A stretch of 61,687 nt of DNA. It comes from Promethearchaeota archaeon (lineage in GTDB: Archaea; Asgardarchaeota; Lokiarchaeia; Sigyniarchaeales; SOKP01). Position 1 is the first letter of the stretch; each line of letters opens with the position of its first letter. Both the position numbers and the translations under genes were made by a program. Positions 1-10,207 of the stretch are shown piece by piece. The stretch is from NCBI GenBank assembly GCA_016839745.1, contig JAEOTS010000028.1, positions 1-61,687 on the forward strand, read 5' to 3'. The notes under the pieces are model-generated. The model searched no databases, was not told the origin of the DNA, and was given only the letters and a program-made list of their open reading frames with translations.

Positions 1-273
1 AGCGGGATATCTTATAAGCTCGTGAATTGTAGGAATTGCTTGTTTACGAATTGGGTCGTATGGATCGTGGGGATCGATTAAGGATAAGTAATAAGGGGTG
101 ATAGCCATTCTCATCTTTTCCATAATATTAGGATCATCTTCCTCTTTTGTTAAAGGAATGAATTCTTTTAGTTCTTCGAGAGTAATAATTCTATTTCTAA
201 ATTGCCATCTCCAGTTATTCCAATCCTCGTCAGATATTTTCCCAAATAACTCCTTTCGTCTATTTACTTTCAT
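1..273 (-). CDS. kamA: Lysine 2,3-aminomutase, N-terminal part (runs off window start)
   Basis: Hand translation from ATG 273: MKVNRRKELFGKISDEDWNNWRWQFRNRI...MAITPYYLSLIDPHDPYDPIRKQAIP, a typical KamA N-terminus. Not in the ORF track. Confidence 0.9.
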   Translation of the reverse strand, partial: MKVNRRKELFGKISDEDWNNWRWQFRNRIITLEELKEFIPLTKEEDDPNIMEKMRMAITPYYLSLIDPHDPYDPIRKQAIPTIHELIRYPA

Positions 274-446
274 GATAGTTACCAGAAATCATAATTTACT
301 ATTGTAACTAATTTTTTTTATTTGTTAAAGGTTAGGAGTTTGAATGAGAAATATTAAAAGATCCATGGTCGTCTCACAAATTTTAATTTAAACTAAAGTT
401 TAATACATTTAATATCTCTTACTAAAAAGTTCTTGATTTGATTGAC

Positions 447-1547
447 ATGGACGTACATGAGCGTATACTAAAATCACTAAAGCATGAAGAACCTGACCGT
501 GTTCCCACCTTAGCACAAGTCTTTGAATACCCGTTCACTAAAAAAGTAGCAAATCACATGGGGATTGATAAAAATTCAAAAAGTCCTCTTTCAAAGGATT
601 TTATGTATGAAGCAGCACTTCACATGGGATTTGATTCGATATGGTATCACTACGATCGAATAAGAACCCACTCTCATAAGAAACCCGAAGTTCCAGAGGA
701 AATTTTAAAGAAATATGACATTAAATCCTATACTGAATGGGCACAATATTACGACGGTGAGTGGTATCGAGATGGCGTTTTAAAGACACCAGAATTACTT
801 AAAGAATGGATCTCTTACATAAATACATGGGAACCCGCAGGTGAGATTCATTTTAAATCTTTTAAAAAAATATGGGAAAAATATCTTCAAAAAGGTCTAG
901 TTACAATTCCTACTGGAGGCTCTGTAGCGTTTGCGACTTGGGCAATGATAGGGATCAATCGATTTGCATACATGGTACGAAAACACTTCAATTTAGTTAA
1001 GGAACTTGCTAAAGCTTTAGGGAGAATTACAAAAGAATTACAGAACTGTCTTTTTGAAAAGGGAATTGATTTGGTCTTCATCTGCGACGACTGGGCACTA
1101 AAGGGAAGCACAATTTATAACCCTAAGCATTGGAATGAGATCATAACTCCAGTTTACACAGACCTGGCTAATAATGCTCATAAACACGATGCAAAATTAC
1201 TTATTCACTCCGATGGAGATGTTTCAGGAACTATACCATACCTAATTAATGCTGGAATAGATGGAATCGATCCTTTAGAATACGAGTCGGGTTTGAGGCT
1301 AAAACCACTCAAAGAAGAATTTGGGAAGGAAATTTGTTTAATTGGTAATATTTCCGCCACTTATGAATTAACGTACGGAACTACAAGATCAACAATAAAA
1401 GCGACTAAACAAGCTCTACAAGATGCTGCGGAAGGTGGAGGATACATTATAGGCGCCGGTTCAGATATTTTAGGCACTTGTAAATATGAAAATGTTAAGG
1501 CAATGATTGACACCGTTAAGAAATATGGATCATATCCTATTGGATGA
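447..1547 (+). CDS. Uroporphyrinogen decarboxylase-family (URO-D/MtaA-like) protein
   Basis: EPDRVP start, DDW, HSDG, GIDPLE and GGYIIG motifs; ATG 447 preferred over TTG 438. Confidence 0.8.
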   Translation: MDVHERILKSLKHEEPDRVPTLAQVFEYPFTKKVANHMGIDKNSKSPLSKDFMYEAALHMGFDSIWYHYDRIRTHSHKKPEVPEEILKKYDIKSYTEWAQYYDGEWYRDGVLKTPELLKEWISYINTWEPAGEIHFKSFKKIWEKYLQKGLVTIPTGGSVAFATWAMIGINRFAYMVRKHFNLVKELAKALGRITKELQNCLFEKGIDLVFICDDWALKGSTIYNPKHWNEIITPVYTDLANNAHKHDAKLLIHSDGDVSGTIPYLINAGIDGIDPLEYESGLRLKPLKEEFGKEICLIGNISATYELTYGTTRSTIKATKQALQDAAEGGGYIIGAGSDILGTCKYENVKAMIDTVKKYGSYPIG

Positions 1548-1602
1548 TTACCTGAAAAATAATTATTAAAAAAAAAACTGTTTATACTGCTATGTATCAC
1601 TA

Positions 1603-2112
1603 TTAAATTGGTTCAGCATCTATCAAGATTGCAGCTAAAAGAGCCGGTTTGGAGCCTTTATTTACCCATGCATGATTCGTACCGCGTTGAATTACAACAT
1701 CGAATGGTTTTAATTCCACTTCTTCCTCATCCAAAAATAGAGTAACTTCCCCTTTAAGTAAGATAATATAATCAACAGTTTTAGTTTTATGCATACCTGG
1801 GTGCTTAGAAGTATCTGGGCGACAATGGGAAGCATCCATTGCGGCAAATCCGGCGGCATATTCTTTTTCTACATCCTCAGCTGATTTAGAGGGATCTTCA
1901 GGATACACCACGAAGAAAGCAAATTTAGAACCATTTGCGGGGGGCTCAAGTCTTATCCCCAACTTCGCTGCATCATTACTATGCTTATTATCGGCTGGGG
2001 AATTATCAGTAGCCCACATGTACACTTCCTCATAAGGAGAACCATCATAAGCTACAACTGATTTGCCTTCTTCATTATGACCTGTGATTATTCTTCTTAA
2101 CTTTTTTTCCAA
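1603..2112 (-). CDS. Cupin-domain protein
   Basis: RRIITGH start, MHKTKTVDY and QRGTNHAW motifs; GGAGG upstream of TTG. Confidence 0.85.
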   Translation of the reverse strand: MEKKLRRIITGHNEEGKSVVAYDGSPYEEVYMWATDNSPADNKHSNDAAKLGIRLEPPANGSKFAFFVVYPEDPSKSAEDVEKEYAAGFAAMDASHCRPDTSKHPGMHKTKTVDYIILLKGEVTLFLDEEEVELKPFDVVIQRGTNHAWVNKGSKPALLAAILIDAEPI

Positions 2113-2228
2113 TCTATATCTAACCTCCTCCTAATATATATTCATTCAATTCTGAAATTTTTTAATTAGTTAATTTGAGTGTTTTTCCTCGAAAATTCTT
2201 CTAAGAGTATCAGATTCTCACAATAGAT

Positions 2229-2672
2229 CTAATGTAAATTATTCTTCATTTCTTTACTTTTTAACATTATTTTTTCTAAAATTTTGAAAAATATATTTAA
2301 CTCACTTTCCTCAAATTCCTTCATCATTAAATCAACACCCATTAATTTCCTTTGCAAGAAAGCTGAATGCAATTCCTTTCCTTCATCGCTTAAAGTTATC
2401 CTAATTAATCTACGATCATCATCCGAATTACTTCTTATTATTAGACCAAGTTTCTCAAGTTTATCAACTCTTCTTGTTGCTGTACTAGGAATGACATTAA
2501 GATACTGAATGATATCTTTCATAAAGCAATCTTCCCGTGACCCAATAAAACTAATAAGAAATATTCCCGATCCAACATCTTTTCCTTTGTAGGTAAAATT
2601 TTCGATTCCCTGGGTAAATTGTTGAATAAAACGTGAGAAAATTTCAATGAATCTTTCTTTATCTGTTCTCAT
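2229..2672 (-). CDS. MarR-family transcriptional regulator
   Basis: STATRRVDKLEKLGLIIR...DRRLIRITLS wHTH; start moved to ATG 2672. Confidence 0.85.
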   Translation of the reverse strand: MRTDKERFIEIFSRFIQQFTQGIENFTYKGKDVGSGIFLISFIGSREDCFMKDIIQYLNVIPSTATRRVDKLEKLGLIIRSNSDDDRRLIRITLSDEGKELHSAFLQRKLMGVDLMMKEFEESELNIFFKILEKIMLKSKEMKNNLH

Positions 2673-2714
2673 TAAATAGTAAATAATATTTCTAGTAGAT
2701 AAATCTTTCCCAAA

Positions 2715-2749
2715 TTGCAATACTTGCATATATGCAAACATTTTTATAA
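2715..2749. promoter_or_regulatory. Palindromic operator plus TATA-like box between divergent marR and rdh-like genes
   Basis: Perfect palindrome TTGCATATATGCAA (2724-2737), extra TTGCAA half-site (2715-2720), TTTTTATAA (2741-2749). Confidence 0.55.
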
Positions 2750-2793
2750 TCGTTTTAATTCAATAATATTAATTAAACCGATTTCTCAACAAA

Positions 2794-3879
2794 ATGAAAG
2801 CTAGTCAAAATAACGAAAATATAGATATTGAATCTGATGGCAGTGGATATAGGCTACAGGGAAAGGGAGAAAAAGAGTTTTTAAATAAGTGCAGGTCTTT
2901 TCCAGATCTAGTAATAACATCTCATCCAAATTCCCTTCAAGAGGGTTTTGAATACTTTTTTCAAAAATTAGGTGCAAAAAGTCCGATGCAAATGAGAGGA
3001 AGGTCTGGAAGTCTTCGGTTCGTTATTGTATTTGCAAAGTATGGGCGCAAGCTAATGAAGGGAAGGAAAAAATCATATAAAGATATTGAGCCTTATATTT
3101 TGGATTTAGAACAAAACGGAAAATATACTACTAAATCTGAGGGACCAGAACTACTGAAAACATATCCGAATAAAAATTTATGGTCAGAGCTTCTAGATTA
3201 TGCTAAAAATAAATGGAATATTATTAAAATTGGTTTTACGGAATTACCTTCAGAGCTGATTTTTAGAAATAAAATGGTTTTATTTCGGCATGCTCTCGTT
3301 TTTATGCAAGAAATGAAAAAGGATAAAATCGATAAAGCTCCAGGAAAGGAAGCAGGTGATGAAACGATGCGTATTTATGCCGAATTGGGAGAAGCTGTTG
3401 CAGATATTGCAGAATGGCTTCGATCGAAAGGTATAAGATCTCAAGCAGTAAATCCATTAGGGGGTTTAGTTTGTACACCGCCCCTCGCTGGAAAAGCGGG
3501 TATGGGGGGACAAGGAAAACAAGGATGTTTAATTACACCTGAGTTTGGTCCAAGGCAGCGTTTAGCACCGATCTTTATTGAAGAAAAACTATTTGAATAC
3601 ACAGATAATAATGAGCATGAATGGATCGAACAATATTGCAGAACATGCGGAAATTGCCAAAAAAATTGTCCCGCTAAAGCTATATATGATGAAAAAGTGA
3701 TATCTATTGAAAATTTGCCTGGAATTGGAGCAATGAGAACATGTATTGATAAGGATAAATGTTTTCCATATTTCGGAAAAACAATGGGATGTTCAATTTG
3801 CATTAAAGTATGTCCATTTTCAAATGGTCCAAAGACTTATGAAAAACTGAAAAATTTAATTACTCAAAAAGAAAACTAA
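2794..3879 (+). CDS. Reductive dehalogenase/QueG-like cobalamin 2x[4Fe-4S] protein
   Basis: AGMGGQGKQGCLITPEFGPRQRL motif; CxxCxxCxxxCP and C..CxxCxxxCP; no Tat signal seen. Confidence 0.7.
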   Translation: MKASQNNENIDIESDGSGYRLQGKGEKEFLNKCRSFPDLVITSHPNSLQEGFEYFFQKLGAKSPMQMRGRSGSLRFVIVFAKYGRKLMKGRKKSYKDIEPYILDLEQNGKYTTKSEGPELLKTYPNKNLWSELLDYAKNKWNIIKIGFTELPSELIFRNKMVLFRHALVFMQEMKKDKIDKAPGKEAGDETMRIYAELGEAVADIAEWLRSKGIRSQAVNPLGGLVCTPPLAGKAGMGGQGKQGCLITPEFGPRQRLAPIFIEEKLFEYTDNNEHEWIEQYCRTCGNCQKNCPAKAIYDEKVISIENLPGIGAMRTCIDKDKCFPYFGKTMGCSICIKVCPFSNGPKTYEKLKNLITQKEN

Positions 3880-4028
3880 TCCTCTTTTTTTTGCTTAAAT
3901 GGTGACTTTATTAGTAGTATGACTTTACCCCTCTAAAAAATTCTCTTAAATATATTTTTCTTCAAAGATTTTCCTTAATTCTTTTGATTCCCGCAATAAT
4001 AATATATTTATACACAAAAAAAAAAGGA

Positions 4029-7000
4029 TTATTTTGATTTTTTATAAAATCTATTATATTTTTTGATAAAGAGTATTATAAAAGCTGCAATTATACCAAT
4101 CATCACTAGTAGATTGAAACTTGGTATTCCAGGAGGGGGTGGAACTGAGGGGGCACTATCTTCGACTGTAATTTTTATTGTAGCAGAGCAGTAATTACCA
4201 TAGGGATCGTATGCTCGTAATTCTATCCAGTATTCACCTACTGATAATGGAACCACATTGATGATCAGGCCAGTGTTATCAATCTGAAAATTAGTCGTGT
4301 CATTTACCCAGAAATTGTCAATTAACGACAAATCTTCCGCGCCCACACCGTAAGCAAACTGGTCGCCATACTCTACAACTTGATCAGTTGGCGTTGAATA
4401 CCAAGTTGGAGGCGTTGTATCCTCAACCGTAGCTTTTATTGTGTAAGTACAGTAGTTATTATAAGGGTCGTAAGCTCTCACTTCTATCCCGTATTCACCT
4501 ACTGACAATGTAACTACGCTGTAAATATTGCCATTGCTTTCAATCTGAAAATTCGTCGTGTCATTTATCCAATAGTGGTCTATTCCCGAAAGATCTGACG
4601 CATCCACACCGCAAGCAACCGGGTCGCCACACTCTACTACCTGATCAGTTGGCGTAGAATCCCAGGTTGGATCTGTAGTATCCTCATTTACGATTTTGAT
4701 TGTAGCAGAGCAGTAGAAACTTCCTGGATTGTATGCTCGTATCTCTATCCAGTATTCACCTACTGACAACGAAACCACATTGGTGATCAAGCCATTACTA
4801 TCAATCTGAAAATTCGTTGTGTCATTTATCCAATAGTGGTCAATTCCAGAAGGATCCGATGCATTTACATCGTACGAGAACGGATCACCATACTCTATAA
4901 CATGATCAGTTGGTGCGAAATCCCAAGTTGGTGCAGTAGTATCCTCAACCGTGATTTTGATTGTAGCAGAGCAATAAAAATTTCCTGGATCGTATGCGCG
5001 TATCTCTATCCAGTATTCGCCTACTGACAACGAAACCGCATTGGTGATCAGACCATTACTATCAACTTGAAAGTTTGTCGTATCGTTTACCCAATAGTGG
5101 TCAATTCCAGAAAGATCTGAAGCATCCACATCGTACGAAAAGGGATCGCCGAGTTCTAAGACCTGATCGGTCGGTGTGGAATCCCAAGTTGGCGTCGTAG
5201 TGTCCTCAACCGTGACTTTGATTGTAGCAGAGCAATATAAACTTCCTGGATCGTATGCGCGGATTTCTATCCAATATTCACCTACTGACAGCGAAATTGC
5301 GTTAGTAATCAAGCCATTGCTATCGATCTGAAAATTAATCGTATCGTCCACCCAATAATGATCAATACCAGAAAGATCTGACGCGTCTACATCGTACGAA
5401 AACGGATCACCATACTCTACAACCTGATCAGTCGGTGTAGAATCCCAAGTTGGCGTCGTAGTGTCCTCAACCGTGACTTTGATTATAGCAGAGCAATACA
5501 AACTTCCTGGATCGTATGCGCGTATTTCTATCCAATATTCACCTATTGACAGCGAAATTGCGTTAGTAATCAAGCCATTACTATCGATCTGGAAATTTGT
5601 CGTGTCGTTTACCCAATAGTGATCAATTCCCGAAGAATCTGACGCGTCTACATCGTACGAAAACGGATCTCCAAACTCTACAACCTGATCGGTTGGTGTT
5701 GAATCCCAAGTAGGGGGATCTGAACCAATGGTTGTAAAAGACCAGGTGGGAGATATTGTATTCATCCAAGTGTCGTCGGCAATTGCGTACCAAGAATATA
5801 ATGTGCCCCCAAGTAAACCAGACCAAGTAATTGAAGCTGTTCCGCCACTGGAAACTCCTAAATCTGTTCCAATTAAATGATTATTTGAGGTATCATAAAA
5901 AGAAACATCCATTGGATCTCCGTCAACATCAACAACATCCACACTAAGCGTTGGATCTGGACTCACATTAGTATCGTCATTTACGGGATTAGGATTACTT
6001 GGGGCGTTTGGGGCGTTCCAAGTTCCAGATTGTCCTGGATTTAGAGAACCAATTGATCCAGAGGCACTAATAGCCCAATCTGAAGCTCTATCAGTATCGT
6101 AATCGTTAATCCTATAAGCGTAATCACTAGTCGTTAGTAATGGGGCATCTTGTATCCATCCAACGCTATATGGAGGTGTTAATACAAAATCACTTGTTTG
6201 AAACCAGTCTTGATTTGTTGTTTCCTTATTATATAATCCGACAGCAAATCTGAAATTTCCGAAATTTAAGTTTCCTCCTGTATATAAAGCAGTATCAGAA
6301 TTAGTACCAGTACTTTCATAAATTGTCGCTACATAGTTACTTCGAAATATCCAACCAAGAGGAAAGTAATATGTGCTATACAAATTTTCACCCGCATAAC
6401 ATTCGACATACCATCCAGTCATATCTCGATCTGGTCCAAAATTATATAACTCAATAGCATCAGGAGCGCCTGAATTGATTTCATTAATTATTATAGGAGA
6501 TCTTGAATATTCGCTATCAGCTCTAGTTGTAAAATCCCATACTGGAGATTGGAGGGTGTAAATTCCATCAGTAACATTAGCGTACCAGGTATAAGTTGTA
6601 TCCCTTGATAAACCAGACCAAAAAATGGATGAAGTTCTTCGGTTAGAAACATTATTAACAGTACCTATTAAACTGTCATCAAGAGCATTATAGAACGAAA
6701 CATTCATGATATCTCCATTAGGATCGAAAGCATCAACACTCAACTGCGCATTTGTACTTATTCCAGTAGATTCATCTGATGGTTTTGGATTGTATGGTTC
6801 AGATGGTGCATCAGATTCTATTAACGAAAGGTGTGGATCTCCAAAAATATGGAATAGTTCAAAGGTATTTTTAGTTTTTGCGGGATATAGTATAGATCCC
6901 CATGGGTAGACAGTGCCTTCAGAACCTACACCTCCCGTGAGAACATACTTATCAAACATAAACATTTTGCCGAAATTTAGAACAGTACCTAATTCGGAAG

Positions 7001-8774
7001 AATGTCCATATCTATTAGTGTAACTAGAAAAATAATCAGGCCATATTGCTGCAATTAATCCCCTATTTAATTCGTCATTGAATCCACTCCAACTACTCCG
7101 CGTAGCTCCAATATATGCAACTGCTCCTTTATTGTTGGCTTTAAGTATCGTTTCTGCTAAACTATCAGCAGTCTCATCAAAATGACCAGTTTGGCAATCA
7201 ACAGAAAACACTACAGGATAGTTATCTACATTACTTAACGAAGAAACATGAGAAGTGTAAAACTCTGGACGTTGCCAGCCATCAGCAATCCCGTGATCTC
7301 TATGATTAACGAAAAATGTACCCGCATTAATATAATTTATAATATCTGTTGTGTCTTGAGCAACAGGAGCACCATCTGGAGCATAAACAGTATTGCAAGT
7401 ATAACCTTCCCCCTCTAAAAATGTTCTGATCGATTCACTTGTATCTACAAAATAACGACCTGCTTGATCATAGGCTGAGAGTAATATTTTCTGGCGCCAT
7501 GCATCTGCTGGATTAAAATTATTAACCCAATTCAGGTTTTTAGCAATAACACTATCTAATTCAACGTCAGTTCGGACGGGAAGCCTCCCGTATAAGAGAT
7601 CTGGAAAAAAATCTTCCCCATCAACTGTTGCATAGTATAGATCAGTAGGTAGTGTACCAGCCTCATTATAAGGTGAATATTTTGTTGGTAGTAGATTTGA
7701 ATCACCTACTAATAGTAAATATGTTGGAGGAATATCCCATGTATCATATGCATTCTGTATATAAGTTTCAATTCCCGACACCGTTGACCCCGTTTCGGTA
7801 AAATTTGCTACTTTCGTTGTTAATCCTTGGTTTTCTTTACTATTTACAAATGGAATTAAGTTATCGCAAAACTGCTCTGGAGTAATTATAAGATAGTCTG
7901 CACCGTTACTGTTAGAATCAGTATCCTCTAATGTATTAATTGGATATTCATAATTTAAATATAAATTACCAAAAAAAGATTGAAAAGAGGAGGAATCAAG
8001 CCTATTGCTTAATCTTTGTTTTTCATTGTTATCTATATCTAGAGATTCAGAATTTGGATAATTTAATTCAATAATAATCTTTGTATAAACTCGGATTTTC
8101 TGAAGTAGGGGATTAAATTGTACCGGGCGTATTATTATAAGCCCAGTGTGATGACCCCGTATTATTCCAATGTCATGAATGCTAACCACATCTGAGGGAA
8201 AATAAGTATTTAATTGATAAACAGTAAGATTTTTTGAAAACTTTAGATTTGCATCATTATCCTGTATATCTAAAGGAATTTCTTGAGCAGGAAAGATATT
8301 ATATCCACATTCTTCATAAAAAACTGACTCTGTTATTTGTAATTCAGGTTGAACCCCAGATGGTAGTTCTAAATATATCCCTTTCGTAGGAAGTTCCGGG
8401 TGACCAATATCAGAGATATGACCACCATCAGTAATACTCATTTTCTGATAAGTTTCGCCATCATCTGCTACCAGATTTTCAACAAATATATCAGATATAC
8501 ATACTTCTATTTTAATTCCGTTCTCATTTGATTCTAATAAGTTTACATCATTTTCGATGGGAGAAGTTTGATCATCCAATACGCAAAGATCTTCCTTAGT
8601 ATAATCACTAAAATGATTTGTCTTAGTCAATACGACATCATCTTGGTTTAAATGGGATAGATTATTAGTAGAAATACATATCGAAGTTAGGCATAGTGTA
8701 AACAAAAACAGTGTCAAAACAGTATTTACTCTAAAAAAATGATTCTTCTTTATTTGTATTCGTGTAAACCTCAT
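4029..8774 (-). CDS. Cell-surface C25 (gingipain-like) cysteine peptidase with propeptide, Ig-like and lamin-tail-like domains, 6 cadherin-like repeats and C-terminal sorting/TM tail
   Basis: YLIIT, YLLLVGD, GRLP, NHRDHG (catalytic His), SVDCQTG (catalytic Cys), FGDP; IIINEIN...DAIELYN; PGIPSFNLLVMIGII...KK tail. Confidence 0.85.
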   Translation of the reverse strand: MRFTRIQIKKNHFFRVNTVLTLFLFTLCLTSICISTNNLSHLNQDDVVLTKTNHFSDYTKEDLCVLDDQTSPIENDVNLLESNENGIKIEVCISDIFVENLVADDGETYQKMSITDGGHISDIGHPELPTKGIYLELPSGVQPELQITESVFYEECGYNIFPAQEIPLDIQDNDANLKFSKNLTVYQLNTYFPSDVVSIHDIGIIRGHHTGLIIIRPVQFNPLLQKIRVYTKIIIELNYPNSESLDIDNNEKQRLSNRLDSSSFQSFFGNLYLNYEYPINTLEDTDSNSNGADYLIITPEQFCDNLIPFVNSKENQGLTTKVANFTETGSTVSGIETYIQNAYDTWDIPPTYLLLVGDSNLLPTKYSPYNEAGTLPTDLYYATVDGEDFFPDLLYGRLPVRTDVELDSVIAKNLNWVNNFNPADAWRQKILLSAYDQAGRYFVDTSESIRTFLEGEGYTCNTVYAPDGAPVAQDTTDIINYINAGTFFVNHRDHGIADGWQRPEFYTSHVSSLSNVDNYPVVFSVDCQTGHFDETADSLAETILKANNKGAVAYIGATRSSWSGFNDELNRGLIAAIWPDYFSSYTNRYGHSSELGTVLNFGKMFMFDKYVLTGGVGSEGTVYPWGSILYPAKTKNTFELFHIFGDPHLSLIESDAPSEPYNPKPSDESTGISTNAQLSVDAFDPNGDIMNVSFYNALDDSLIGTVNNVSNRRTSSIFWSGLSRDTTYTWYANVTDGIYTLQSPVWDFTTRADSEYSRSPIIINEINSGAPDAIELYNFGPDRDMTGWYVECYAGENLYSTYYFPLGWIFRSNYVATIYESTGTNSDTALYTGGNLNFGNFRFAVGLYNKETTNQDWFQTSDFVLTPPYSVGWIQDAPLLTTSDYAYRINDYDTDRASDWAISASGSIGSLNPGQSGTWNAPNAPSNPNPVNDDTNVSPDPTLSVDVVDVDGDPMDVSFYDTSNNHLIGTDLGVSSGGTASITWSGLLGGTLYSWYAIADDTWMNTISPTWSFTTIGSDPPTWDSTPTDQVVEFGDPFSYDVDASDSSGIDHYWVNDTTNFQIDSNGLITNAISLSIGEYWIEIRAYDPGSLYCSAIIKVTVEDTTTPTWDSTPTDQVVEYGDPFSYDVDASDLSGIDHYWVDDTINFQIDSNGLITNAISLSVGEYWIEIRAYDPGSLYCSATIKVTVEDTTTPTWDSTPTDQVLELGDPFSYDVDASDLSGIDHYWVNDTTNFQVDSNGLITNAVSLSVGEYWIEIRAYDPGNFYCSATIKITVEDTTAPTWDFAPTDHVIEYGDPFSYDVNASDPSGIDHYWINDTTNFQIDSNGLITNVVSLSVGEYWIEIRAYNPGSFYCSATIKIVNEDTTDPTWDSTPTDQVVECGDPVACGVDASDLSGIDHYWINDTTNFQIESNGNIYSVVTLSVGEYGIEVRAYDPYNNYCTYTIKATVEDTTPPTWYSTPTDQVVEYGDQFAYGVGAEDLSLIDNFWVNDTTNFQIDNTGLIINVVPLSVGEYWIELRAYDPYGNYCSATIKITVEDSAPSVPPPPGIPSFNLLVMIGIIAAFIILFIKKYNRFYKKSK
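4160..5720 (-). repeat. Six tandem ~261-nt (87-aa) intragenic repeats
   Basis: PTWDSTPTDQVVE.GDPFSYDVDASD.SGIDHYW... recurs six times at ~261-nt period. Confidence 0.9.
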
Positions 8775-8980
8775 TTAATATCAACACATTGTTATTAGAT
8801 TTTTTATTAGATTTCTCAAAAGAATAAAAAACTAGTATTATATTATGCTGTAATTATATTTAAGCATATCGACAAATATGTGAGATTAGAGTTATTTAAT
8901 TGCCAAAATTGTCAAGAAATTAAATCATAGTATTGCTAAATATAACCAATTATTGTAGGTCATTGTAATCTTGTTAGTTA

Positions 8981-10021
8981 TTATTTTACATACTTTTTTT
9001 CAAATATTTTCTTTAAAATATCAGATTCTCGAAGTAGATTTAGGGTAATCTGGTCATGATTTTTAGTATAACCATTTCCAATTATCATCGTGCAATCTTT
9101 TCCTACACCCTCAGCACCTAAAGCTGCTTTTGTAAAACTTGTGGCCATAGAGAAGAAATATACTATACCTTCATCTCTCACGGGAAGAATTGAAGATAAT
9201 TCCGAATTTGGGATACTTAGGCAATTAATTACAACATCCACTTCATTTCCATCATTAGCTTTGAGTGTTTCTTCTAAAACATTTGTAGGATTTAATACAT
9301 TGGCGATAATCGTTTTGTGGCAAAATTCAGTATCTCTAAGAAATTCAGCTCGAGTCTCGTTTCTAGCTTGCCCTATGACTTTTCCGCTTTCCCCAACCAT
9401 TTTTTTTGCCATATACGAACACATAAGTCCTGATTTGCCTGTTGCACCTAGAATTAATACTCTATCGCCTTCTTTCACTAGTTTCTTTACTTGCGCTGGA
9501 GCTCCAGCAACATCGAGTGCTGCTAACGCTAGAGTTGCTTCCATATCATCAGGCAATTTTGCGTAAATCCCGCTTTCAAAAAGGATAGCTTTTCCTTCAA
9601 TCTCAACACGATCGATATCTGGATTGATTTCTAAAATTTTTTCAATTTTGAGAGGAGTTAACGAAAGAGAAACTAACGAGGCAATTTTATCTCCTACATT
9701 TAATTCAATTTTATCGCGTAAGTCATTACCTATCTTTTCTACTTTACCTATCAGCATCCCGCCAGAACCTGTGACTGGATTTTGCATTTTTCCCCGTTCT
9801 TGAACAATTTCCAAAATTTTAGTTTTTATTTTCTCGACATCTCCTCCCGCTTCTTCCTTTAATTGAGTAAAACTTGCGGAATCGATGTTCAAATAATCTA
9901 CATCTATTAATATTTCGTTGTCGAATATGGTCGTATCATTCGATATCTTAAACGCGGGCTGAGGAAGAGTCCCTTTTGGCTCAATAACTCTGTGATTACC
10001 ATATTTTTTTCCTTTTACCAT
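8981..10021 (-). CDS. kdd: L-erythro-3,5-diaminohexanoate dehydrogenase
   Basis: YGNHRVIEPKGTLPQPA, NIDSASF, RGKMQNPVTGSGGMLIG, LDVAGAPAQ, FFSMATSFTKAALGAEG. Confidence 0.92.
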   Translation of the reverse strand: MVKGKKYGNHRVIEPKGTLPQPAFKISNDTTIFDNEILIDVDYLNIDSASFTQLKEEAGGDVEKIKTKILEIVQERGKMQNPVTGSGGMLIGKVEKIGNDLRDKIELNVGDKIASLVSLSLTPLKIEKILEINPDIDRVEIEGKAILFESGIYAKLPDDMEATLALAALDVAGAPAQVKKLVKEGDRVLILGATGKSGLMCSYMAKKMVGESGKVIGQARNETRAEFLRDTEFCHKTIIANVLNPTNVLEETLKANDGNEVDVVINCLSIPNSELSSILPVRDEGIVYFFSMATSFTKAALGAEGVGKDCTMIIGNGYTKNHDQITLNLLRESDILKKIFEKKYVK

Positions 10022-10207
10022 ATGACTTTCTCCATCTATTTCTTAGAGATATAATATTATAGTGACTAGTCTTACTTAAGAATCGTTAGATAAATAAATT
10101 TTTCAAAACAATTAAAAAGAATCGTAAAATGAAAACTAAAATTTATAACTCCACAAGAATAAAGAATACCTATAGATTAATAGAAATTATTTATTGAAAG
10201 GGCTTTT

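Noticed and set aside
98-307. 69-aa plus-strand ORF
   Set aside because: Antisense shadow of kamA.
4160-5720. Tandem repeats as a CRISPR array or diversity-generating element
   Set aside because: In-frame 261-nt coding repeats without spacers; no cas or reverse transcriptase genes in the window.
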